Shown one piece after another: positions 24,133 through 34,566 of a stretch of 64,000 nt of DNA; position 1 is the first letter of the stretch; every line of letters begins with the position of its first letter. Both the position numbers and the translations under genes were made by a program. The notes under the pieces were generated by a model, which saw only the letters and a program-made list of their open reading frames with translations, searched no databases and was not told where the DNA came from. Source of the stretch: Histomonas meleagridis 2922-C6/04-290x (Eukaryota; Protista; Parabasalia); assembly GCA_020184695.1 (NCBI GenBank), contig JAANOX010000179.1, positions 62,001-126,000 on the forward strand, written 5' to 3'.

Positions 24133-24972
24133 TTAATATCCTGGAATGTTCGGTTGGTATCCTGGTTGTGGGTAGCCTTGTTGGTAATTAGGGTCGGGAT
24201 ATCCCATTTGCTGTGGGTAGCCCATTGGATATCCCATTTGTGGAGGTGGCTGTTGATATTGAACTTGTGGCTCTTGAAATGTAGGAACATTACTATACTG
24301 TGGGTTTTGTGGTGCTTGTGGAATTTCTGTGCCTTGTGGTAAAGTAAATGGTGTATCAGGTGATATTTGTTGTTGGATTTGTTGTTGTTGAGCTTGGGAA
24401 ATGACAGCTTTGTTGAAGCTGGTTTGAAGTGCAATTTGTTCTTGTCTTTGCGCTGAATGAGCTTGACTCATATTTTGTAGTTCTTGATTTGTTTGTGTTC
24501 TTTGTTCTTCAGTAAGGATCCTTTGTTGAGACATATTGGCCGAACTGTTTCGGTCTTCTTCCCTGAAGAAGTCTTGTCCTTCGTCGACAAATTGTAATTT
24601 AAGACGAACGTATCCTCGAACATTGTTCTTATACTCTTCGTCTTTAAGCTTGAACCAACCTTCAATCCATTTTCCGTTTAAAAGAGTGGATAAGTCCACT
24701 TGATATTGCCCTAAAATATCATGAGGTCCAATAGCATCATGGTCATATATTTCGAAGCGAAGGAGTTCATCGAAGGCCCTTTTGGTGTCATCGTATTTGA
24801 AACGAAATGTCTCGTTCCAGCGAGGATTTAATGTACGTGAAATATATTTAGTTTGGCCAATCTTTTTCTTGCCAAGATAAACACGACAAAAAGGATCTGA
24901 CCATCCGTTCAAGTCAGAAGGGGAAAGTGATCGTGCTTCAATTACATTGATCACCAATATGTGCTTGGGCAT
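24133..24972 (-). CDS. C2-domain protein with Q/P/Y/G-rich tail
   Basis: INVIEARSL..DLNGWSDPFC, TLNPRWNETF, IYDHDAIG..DILG; GYP-type tail repeats; first ATG at 24972. Confidence 0.9.
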   Translation of the reverse strand: MPKHILVINVIEARSLSPSDLNGWSDPFCRVYLGKKKIGQTKYISRTLNPRWNETFRFKYDDTKRAFDELLRFEIYDHDAIGPHDILGQYQVDLSTLLNGKWIEGWFKLKDEEYKNNVRGYVRLKLQFVDEGQDFFREEDRNSSANMSQQRILTEEQRTQTNQELQNMSQAHSAQRQEQIALQTSFNKAVISQAQQQQIQQQISPDTPFTLPQGTEIPQAPQNPQYSNVPTFQEPQVQYQQPPPQMGYPMGYPQQMGYPDPNYQQGYPQPGYQPNIPGY

Positions 24973-25231
24973 ATTTGGAATGTTGTTAACCGAAATTTTA
25001 CTCACAAATAACGAAAAGAACGTTTAAGCTCAACTCACGTTTAAACATTTTCGCTCATTTAGCACCGTAAATTCATGAACATAAAATCTTCATTTTAATA
25101 ACCTACGAACTATAATTTATTGAAATTCAATATTTTTTTTTTTTTATCATTAATTATCGAATTTCAAAAAAAGATTTAATGATTAAAAATCAAATCATTT
25201 ACATCCAGATTTTACTTATTTGTAATTTTTA

Positions 25232-25624
25232 TTAAATAATTGCTTCGATTTTGATCTTTAATGCTTCGAGTGGTTTGGACAATCTCGAGTTTTCTTTCTT
25301 TGTTATTGAACAAGCTACGACTGATCGTGAAACACCGCACGCTCTGCCTAATGCAGCACGCGATGGAATGAAAATATATGGAACACCTTTATCTTCACAA
25401 AGAAGAGGAAGATGCATTACAATTTCAATTGGATCAACGTCGCCTGCAATAATTACAAGTTCTGCTGTAAGTCTATTTAATGTTTTTGTGACTTCATTCG
25501 CACCTTTACGCAATTGCTTATTTGTCGATGCTGATTGAACCATTTCAAGAATTGCTGCTGTTAAATCAGGGTTTGCGAGTGGATATGCTTTTGGTGAAAC
25601 TCCTGGCGGTAATTCCGAAGCCAT
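25232..25624 (-). CDS. SNU13: SNU13/15.5K/NHP2L1 (L7Ae family)
   Basis: PKAYPLA, KQLRKGANEVTKTLNR, IEIVMHLPLLCEDKGVPYIFIPSRAALGRACGVSR. Confidence 0.97.
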   Translation of the reverse strand: MASELPPGVSPKAYPLANPDLTAAILEMVQSASTNKQLRKGANEVTKTLNRLTAELVIIAGDVDPIEIVMHLPLLCEDKGVPYIFIPSRAALGRACGVSRSVVACSITKKENSRLSKPLEALKIKIEAII

Positions 25625-25628
25625 TTAG

Positions 25629-25633
25629 AATGA
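25629..25633 (-). promoter_or_regulatory. Inr-like TCATT upstream of SNU13
   Basis: Minus strand reads TCATTCTAAATG. Confidence 0.5.
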
Positions 25634-26054
25634 CCAATGGTTTTCAAATAAACCGTTAAAAACGGCCAATTGCACCACATTTAATTTGTCATTTTTATTT
25701 TTTCACAAATTTGTTGGCAATTATTATTTCTAAGTTCCAACTACGTTTTAAACTTATTGGAAAGATATATCCAAGGAAACTGTTATTTTTAGGTTTTAAC
25801 ATATCCATGCATGAAAATTCATGAAACTATTTGAATTAAGCAAAATATTTAAAAAAAAAAAATAATTTTTTTTGAAATATTTAAAGTTTCCAAAAATTTT
25901 GATTTGGTACGTAACATGTTGTGACAATTATTTATACACCACGTTAAATTCTGAATTGATATTTTTGTGTTGATTGGAAAGAAAGGAAAAGAAACGAATT
26001 TGTACGTTAATTTTTCTATTTTTCACATAACAATTCATAAGCTTGAAGTATCAA

Positions 26055-26519
26055 ATGGTTCTTTTTGGAGGCGATCCACGATATGTCCCTCTTCAGATAA
26101 TTTTAAAATTTAATGTTTGGGTTGATGTTATCGTAATTCCAATTATTTTAATATCATATCTTTTCAGAAACATAGAAATACAAATGCAATTTATATGTTG
26201 CGGATTTGCAGTTTTTGAAATAATAAGAATTTGCTTACATAAAAGCCACATGTATGGGAATATTCCTAATCATGTGGCTTTTGTTATTTTGACAGTATTT
26301 CCATGTCTTATTCTAGAAGTGATATACATATTTATTCTTGGCAATGTCTCTCCACTTGACTATGTGGTGATGATTATGTATTTAATTATTGATATTCTTC
26401 AAATAATTTTCAGTATATTTATCTACAGATCTTTCAAAAAGTATCAAGATGGATTCTTCCAATTTTCACGAGAAATCCAAAAAAATCAAAGCGAAAATAC
26501 GTTGCTTCTTGATTTTTAG
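26055..26519 (+). CDS. Multi-TM protein, TMEM17/TMEM216-like (ciliary transition zone family)
   Basis: Size and 4 TM helices; FEIIRICL..YGNIP..VAFVILT resembles the Transmemb_17 pattern. Confidence 0.5.
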   Translation: MVLFGGDPRYVPLQIILKFNVWVDVIVIPIILISYLFRNIEIQMQFICCGFAVFEIIRICLHKSHMYGNIPNHVAFVILTVFPCLILEVIYIFILGNVSPLDYVVMIMYLIIDILQIIFSIFIYRSFKKYQDGFFQFSREIQKNQSENTLLLDF

Positions 26520-26788
26520 ATTTTCTCAAAATATTTGTATTTATTATTAATAAAATGTTTGGTTTTCGTATCATTTGTATTAAATTAAATGTCTAATTTT
26601 TTCTCCAAGTGGAATAATTTTCTGAAATTTTTTGGATTATTAAATCTAAATCTTAAAATCTAAATTTTATTTATAATTTTAACCATAAAATTTTTAACAA
26701 TGCTATTTATTAACATAAAACAGGGAAATGATATTCGTTTAATACAAAGAAATAAGTTCTATATTTAATTTCAATATTATTTGAAAAA

Positions 26789-27574
26789 TCACCATTTTTC
26801 AGGATCTGAAACAACATACTTTTCTGGAACAATAGCTTCGCTGCCATTTTCGAATGTTAATAAATATCCTCTATCTTCTTCATTTTTTAAGTCACAAGGT
26901 CTGTTTTTAACGGTCGCATGGTAAAATAAACGGCCCCAACCGTCGCCATCAAGTTTTAGCGCCAAAACTTTTGCACCAACAGGAAATTCCCATCTTGGGA
27001 TGAAGTTCTTCGGGATAACTGTTGGTAAAGGAGTCCATTCTTCAGGACTTAATTGAACTATTTCTGATTCAGGTTCTACAGAATCTTCTGCCATGACAAG
27101 TTTATTTTCAAAACTGTTAACAACCATGAGGTGGTACTCATCACCACGCTTGCCACATATGATTTTTCCTTGCCGAAGTTTTTGCATTTTGATTTTATTG
27201 GAATGACATCCTGCATTACCTGGAAGAGGTGCTTCTGCTTTTTTGATTTCTGTGTTGAAAAATTCGTCCAGAATTTTTGTTATGTTCCGATCTTGTGATG
27301 TTATTTGATCTGGTGTTTGTTCCTTTTCTGTAAATTCTGTGGTCATCATTTCATCAATTGTAGATATAAGGTTTGTAACTTGTGCTATTGAATCTTGATA
27401 TTGTTTGGAAATTGATGTATCAACTCTTGATATTTCGTCTATAACAGATTGAGACGGATTATCAAAAAGAACCTTCTGCCTTTCAGACAGATTTTTTAAA
27501 CACCAGTTAAGTTGATCTATATAGTTAATAGATTCCTTTAAAGTTTGGACAAATTCACTTGAATGTTTCAGCAT
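26789..27574 (-). CDS. SGF29-like tandem Tudor protein
   Basis: N-terminal coiled coil; C-terminal EFPVGAKVLAL..FYHATV..P...YLLTFE...VPEKYVV. Confidence 0.75.
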   Translation of the reverse strand: MLKHSSEFVQTLKESINYIDQLNWCLKNLSERQKVLFDNPSQSVIDEISRVDTSISKQYQDSIAQVTNLISTIDEMMTTEFTEKEQTPDQITSQDRNITKILDEFFNTEIKKAEAPLPGNAGCHSNKIKMQKLRQGKIICGKRGDEYHLMVVNSFENKLVMAEDSVEPESEIVQLSPEEWTPLPTVIPKNFIPRWEFPVGAKVLALKLDGDGWGRLFYHATVKNRPCDLKNEEDRGYLLTFENGSEAIVPEKYVVSDPEKW

Positions 27575-28989
27575 TCCAAATTTGAGGATTGAAAATTTTG
27601 AATGAAAATTTAATTGTCAAAAATATTTAAAAGAAAAAGAAATGACAAAAATAATTTATCTTGTTTGCACTCAATCAGCCTGATGTGTTTTATCAAGTCT
27701 TGCAGCATCTTTCACCGGAGTCTATAAGAAAGAATACGTATTGCGTTGGAATGATGTAATGAATAACAAGCTGTTCAAAAAAACCGTTCCGTTACAAATT
27801 AAAATGTTTTTATAATCACTAAATGTTTATTAACCATTGTCACAGATATTTTTCAATTTTAAGGTAGAAATTTTTTAAAATTTTAAAAAAGGAAAACTTT
27901 ATAAGCATATTTAACATATTTTTTTGGTATTTAAGGATTAGAAATTAAGAAAAATTACTTCCAACCATGTATAAATTGAAATTGATGTGGGAATACTTTT
28001 ACGTTTGATTTGTTTACCAACAACGACAAGTACTGTTTTCTATAATTTCCAAATATTATTTTGAAATATTATATTATTATAATAAAATATAAATAAAACA
28101 GATAAATATATAATGCGGATTTGAATGCTCTTTAAAAAAATATTCAATCAGGAAAATATTTCCAATATTTTCATTACGAATCGTATTTCCTAGGCATAAC
28201 GGTCGTCATAAACGGTCCCATCCGTGGTGATAGCTCATCGAAAACTGGAAAACCCGCCAAATAAACATTATCCCCGCCAAAATTGACATCACGAAACAAT
28301 TATTTGAATCTTAAATATCAGAAACAGATAATTTTAAATTACAATGGATCGTAATCGCGCTATTACTCTTCGAGATTTAGAGATAGGATATGTTTCACTT
28401 ATGGCATTTTTACCATTAACTATAACAGAAAGGATAAAACACATTACAACATTCATTAAATCAATACAACATTGTTTTATATATGTTCAACCATAAACAA
28501 AAAACGAGATCCAACAAATTGATTATGATATTCCACCGATCATTGCAGAAGAATATAGTAATGTTGATGAAATCAAAACTCTTCGTGACGCGGTGCGTTT
28601 TTTGGTATTTGTACAATGGTATTATCATCCATGAAAAAGTATATTACCCTGATGCACAGAAAGATCACCCTTTTTTGTACGTTGAGCCAAAAATACCGTA
28701 TTTTTCGATCATTTTTCTTCAATATCGTTAAGTGACGAAATCATCCAAATGTGATGTTATTTCATTTCAAGTTATTTAAAATATTGATAAACATCTTTTT
28801 ATATTATTATAAAATAACATTCTAATTTTTAATATATATATATATATAAATATTTTTCACCCTCAAATTAAATAAGGAATATAAAAATAAGATTTATCAG
28901 CTATCATGTAGATATTGAAATTTGTTTTTTGTATATAATAACATAATACGTATTTTTAATGTAGTTTACGTACACTACTACGTAGTATT

Positions 28990-29340
28990 CATACTATATA
29001 ATATAATAATAATAATATATATAATAGTAATAATATATATAATAGTAATAATATATATAATAGTAATAATATATATAATAGTAATAATATATATAATAGT
29101 AATAATATATATAATAGTAATAATATATATAATAGTAATAATATATATAATAGTAATAATATATATAATAGTAATAATATATATAATAGTAATAATATAT
29201 ATAATAATAATAATATATATATATATAATAATAATATATATATATAATAATAATATATATAATAGTAATAATATATAATAGTAATAATATATATAATAGT
29301 AATAATATATATATAATAGTAATAATATAATATATATAAT
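28990..29340. repeat. 18-bp minisatellite (ATAATAGTAATAATATAT), 10 perfect copies at 29021-29200 with degenerate flanks
   Basis: Unit read directly from the sequence. Confidence 0.95.
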
Positions 29341-29732
29341 TCCGATAGTAGCATATATCATACTAGAAGCTTATAAAAAATACAATTAATTAATTTCATT
29401 CACTGATTTGAATATAATTTACACTACTATCCATTCATTATTTGATATTGTTTACATAACTATTTCAAAAAATATAATAAAATCAGGAATATAGATTTTG
29501 ATATTTGCTTATGTAATAATTATATTCAATCTCAGATATATCAGAATGATGGAATAGAGGGGGTGACAATCCATTTGAATAAAAAACGAAGTAGTTGCAC
29601 TTTTCATAAACTAGTCAATCAAAATCAATTGTATTGTATCAATATGGAAGCTTCTAAAAAGAAGATTCAAGTACAAAACATATACAGAAAACAAAACTCA
29701 ATTCTCGAAAGGCTTCATAAATTCATGAGCTT

Positions 29733-31880
29733 TTGAATGAAATTCGATGTTTAAATGAACATTTAAATTTTTCGATTAGAAAAAATCATACACTTTTACA
29801 AGAGAACAACAAATTACATTTATTGGTGTCTCAGCTTCGAAGTGCAAATACACATCTTAATTCAGTAAACGCCAAAATCGAACAGGAGAAACAATTATTT
29901 TTGGAAAATTTATCTTCGATTCAAAAGAGAAAACAGTCCATTGAAAATTTCTTTGACGATTATGATCGATTGAAAATGCAAATTTGCAAACTGAAAAAAG
30001 ATAATCACCAATTTTTATCAAATTTAAAAGATTCTAATAATCAAATCGGAGAATTAAACAAAGAACAAAAAGAATTATTAATTTTAAAAACAACAACCAA
30101 CAAACTATTTGATGTTTTATATCAAAATTCGATTCAAAATAGCACAAATAGAAGAAATGATTATCCAGTTCGAATTCGTACTATTCTCACAATCATTAGT
30201 TTTGTTGGCAAAAATTGGTATTCAATTTTGCGCCAAATATTTGATTTGCCTTGTTTCAGGACGGTTCAAAGATATCGTAAAAATTATCTTGAAAAATTTA
30301 ATATTTCAATTGATATTTTTGACGGTTCAATTCAAACTAAAAAATATATTTGTGAATAGTCAGGATTTAAAATTTGTATTGTCTATGGATGCAATTTCTT
30401 TAAAATCTTATGTGAGTATTTTTCCTGATGGAACCGTTAATGGATCAAAATTTATAAAGAAAATACCTGAGGAGTTTGCACGCAAATGTATAGAAAATAA
30501 TAATCAGTTCGAATTATTCGTTTAATTTAATAAATCACAAATTGAAAATTATGTATTTACAATTTATTTGTGTTCTTTGAATCCACAAATGAAATCTTTC
30601 CCGATTGTATTAATTCCTGATACAAAAGGGAATTGTACTGACAATATATTAGATATATTTAAAAAAACAAAACAAAATTTACTTAATTTAGGTTTTGAAA
30701 TAATTGGGAGTGCATTTGATGGAGATACAAAGTTTTTCGAGATATTAACAGAAAAATATAATAATATTTTGAAATTAGAAAATTATGACTTTAATTTGCC
30801 ATCTGATTAAATAATTATTTTTTGAAAAAGACAATTTCATGTTTAGCGATCCTTTGCATTTTTTAATATGTGCTAGATATCGACTTGTTAATGAGGTTTC
30901 AAAATTTGATTTTCTCACAATAGATCATTACTCAATACAATCAAATTCTTATTGGGAAATTGGTATTCCTCATTATTTAATCGATTCTCATAAATCCAAA
31001 AAAATGGAAGACGGTTTACCATCAGAATTTTTTAGTCCTCAATATTTGTATAATTCCAGATTACAAAACCGAATTGATCTTTATTTTTCTCTTTTTCCAT
31101 TTGTCATGCTTCGTGAGGCAATATTTAATGAGAATTTAACAATTAACAATCGACATGAATGTTTAGAAAAAGGAGAATGCTTTGTTATGATTTATGCAAT
31201 TTGCATGAAATATTATTATAAACTCAGAAAAAAAGGAAAAAATCGAAAATAATTTCTTCAAAAAATTTAAACAACAAATGAGAAAACTTAAAAATTGTGT
31301 TGGTATTACTATTTTGGATATACAAAGTTGTATTAAATATGTTACATCTGTAGCATCTTTAATTCCACAACTATATCGAAAAAATGAAACATGAATGGGT
31401 GCATTTGGCACACATTTAACTGAGCATTTTTTTTCAAAGTTGAGGAGAATATCTTATGGTGATAACCGTTATGACGTGTTTGCATGGGCATTGATACAAG
31501 ATTTAGTGTGTGAAGAATTGTGCAAAAATCTTGAAATAAATATTCAAGTTCCAAAAATATTATCTACAAGCGGTGTAATTCTCAAACCACAAAAAAATCA
31601 GAAAATGAATGCTTTTGGAAATTCGATTGAATCTATGCTCAAGTTATTTTCAAAATATTTTGAATTTTCCCCATTTATTCATTTATTCCCATTTTCTTTC
31701 CAGGACAATGAATACATTTTCTTTGAGGATGAATTTTCGCAACCCAGCCCTTCGAATCAATTTGTCTCAACTCGAAATTCAAGAATAGTAGCAACAGGTG
31801 GATTAAATCCATTAAAAAATTTCATTTCACACTTACAGATAAATAAAAAAAGTAAAATAAATTCTTTTTTTTTTTATTAA
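29733..31880 (+). pseudogene. Decayed DDE transposase, P-element/THAP9-like
   Basis: LPCFRTVQR, LSMDAISL (D1), GSAFDGD (D2), FSDPLHFL..RYR (DxxH), TEHFFSKLRRISYG (catalytic E); many stops/frameshifts. Confidence 0.6.
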
Positions 31881-32932
31881 AACTATTTTTGTTCGAAAAT
31901 AAGAAAATTAATAAGATTGAATTCAATCTTTTATCTCCATTTTTGTTGATTTGTCTCTAAATTTATCAATTTCACTTTCTCAAATAAAATGTCAATCTAT
32001 GTGTTTATTTTTTGTCTTTAAATTTTCTTTCATTGCATAATTTTCACTCTGAGTGTAATTTGAACATATAATGATGGAAAACTTGAAAATATAATATTAC
32101 CATGAAAATTTTGTTAAAATCTGTTTATATAGGACACATCGAACATTTTTTGTTCATTTAAATTGATATTTTCAGAGCGTAAATGCTTGAAAACATATCG
32201 ACAAAGTCAAAGACATTTCGTTCCTGTAAAAATTATGAAAAATAGTATTTCAGAATTGTTCACCTGATTTATCAAAATATAAATTCAAGAGAATAATCGA
32301 CTAAAAATGTGAAAGATTGCGATGAATTTATTTGTAATTTGATTGAGACAATTTTGCGAAATTGTTGTTTTTATTTTTATACGATAGCGACACAATTTTC
32401 ATTTTTTTACAATAATTTTTAATCGTGTTTTTCGCTTTTTCTATGTATTGGACTTTTTGAATGATTTACATCCTCCTCACAACCGTCAAAGTTCATCGTT
32501 TTGCTCACAATTTTTTGTATTCGAAGTGAGGTTCGTAATTAATTTTGAAAAGTTTACATAGACGTATATTCGAATATTGAATGAAAATACGGTTATTTGA
32601 ATACTAAATCGGTGTTCAAAGAATTTTTCTGACTTTTTATGGGAAAAGTGTCTTTATCGTCGATCGAAAATGAATATGATATGATCGTCTGACGTGATTG
32701 TCACCTTTCTGATGGGATTAAATCGACTTTATTCAATTTCGATCAAAACGACAATTATCGCATTCAATTTTTTTTATTTAATTATATATGATACGAAACG
32801 GCATTTATTTTATGCAATTCTATTAATTCAATTTCATATGGCCTAAAAGTCACTCATCAGAAAAAATTGAAAGCATAAATCATACAATAATTCAATGGAA
32901 ACAACCGTTATGCTATGGAAATAAGATTTCTA

Positions 32933-34144
32933 TATAAAGTATTCTTCAATAAGTTTCCCACGTAAAGCTATCAAATAACTTCCGCAGACAAGGAACATGC
33001 TGGCGACAAAAACAACAATAAAAAGAAGGCAGGAAATAGCAAAATGGATATACCTAGGGTATTCAGATATGGACATCCAACGGATGACTGGTCATGACCA
33101 CAAGACTGTAAAATTGGTTCGAAAAATGATTAAAGGTGGGGAAGACATTTGCTTTCAAAAAACAAAACTTGGCCCCGACGAAGATTACGACAGAACTCCT
33201 GGAATTTGTTGATGATATGACGAAAGCAAATCGACGATTATCAAATCTTTCGTTATCAGTCTTTGCTAACCAATCTGGAAAACTCAACAACAATATAAGC
33301 GAATCTACCATCATGAGAGCAAGAAATATTCTAGAATATCGATTCAGCTACCCATTGATTTCATTTGCACTTACAGAGAAACAGAAAAGCGACCGTTTAT
33401 TGTTTGCACAAAAGCATTTGCAGCTTGGAACCGACTGGACAAAAGTGCTGTTCACAGATGAAAGCTACTTTTGGCTCAACGAGAATCATCGACCTCTTTA
33501 TCGAAAAAGAGGCGAGAAATGTCCTGAAGTTATAGTTACTGTAAAAAACTCCCAGATAAGGTTTTGGTGTTTGGTGGGATATCTTCCCAAGTCAAAACAA
33601 ACCTCATCATTATTGACAGAGGGACCATTGACCATGTTTCCTATGTAGACGAACTGATAGATGGAAGCGGTTTGATACCGCAGATGAATGAAGTCTATGG
33701 AATCAAAGGTTGGATTTTAATGCAAGATGAAGCAACCGCTCATACTTGCAGAGAAACTATAGATTACTTAAGAATGTACGTTAACATTCTAGAAGACTGG
33801 CCTTCAATGAGCCCAGATCTCAATCCAATTGATTATCTATGGGCGATTATGTAATGAAAAGTTTATGAACATTAGCCGAAAACCATTGATGAGCTCTGTG
33901 CTGTGATATTCGAAGTCTGGGAAAGCATCTCCCCTGAAATGCTTCAAAATCTTGCAAACTCTATGCAAGACAGACTGCAACAAGTTATTCGCAATAATGG
34001 GGATCATACCAACTACTAAAAAAAACAAATAAATTTTGAATTCTTCAATAAGTTTCCCATACGATATAACTTTTTAATAGAAGTGCGAGGGTTATTGGCC
34101 TAAAAAAGTGTATCGTTCGGGAAATATATTGAAGAATACTTTAT
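32933..34144 (+). mobile_element. Tc1-like element with degenerate transposase
   Basis: HTH region; WTKVLFTDESYFW; QDEATAH...WPSMSPDLNPIDYLW; imperfect TIRs TAAAGTATTCTTCAATA at about 32935-32959 and 34119-34143. Confidence 0.85.
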
Positions 34145-34566
34145 GTTATAACATTATCCTCAAATTATATTATTAAAATAAAATAGAAAAAGTAGTGAAA
34201 ATTCATAGAAAAATATATTTGAATATAATATCACCATTCATCATACCCGGAAAAAATAATAAAATGTGAAGATAGCACGATGTACACTTCGTTCAGTGCA
34301 ACTTTTCCATAAATTTATTTACTTTTTCATCATATATTAATGGAGCCAATATATGGTATTGATGTTGATGAACTGTTTGAAAAAATTGGCGGGAAAGATG
34401 AAAAATAAAAGAAAATAAAAAAAAGATGAATTATAAATGAAATACAATTTCATGTCATCATTGGGAGACACATTGCATTAGCAAAGCCTGTTAGAAAGTA
34501 AAAATCATTATATAGTTATTGTTAATTTTTATGAATAATTAATAGCAAATGAATGGATCCAATATT

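Noticed and set aside
28340-28731. Decayed ORF (MDRNRAITLRDLEIG...) with a GC-richer upstream segment
   Set aside because: Stops and frameshift, no recognisable family or termini.
28922-29361. I/Y/L-rich ORFs on both strands
   Set aside because: Artefacts of the 18-bp minisatellite.
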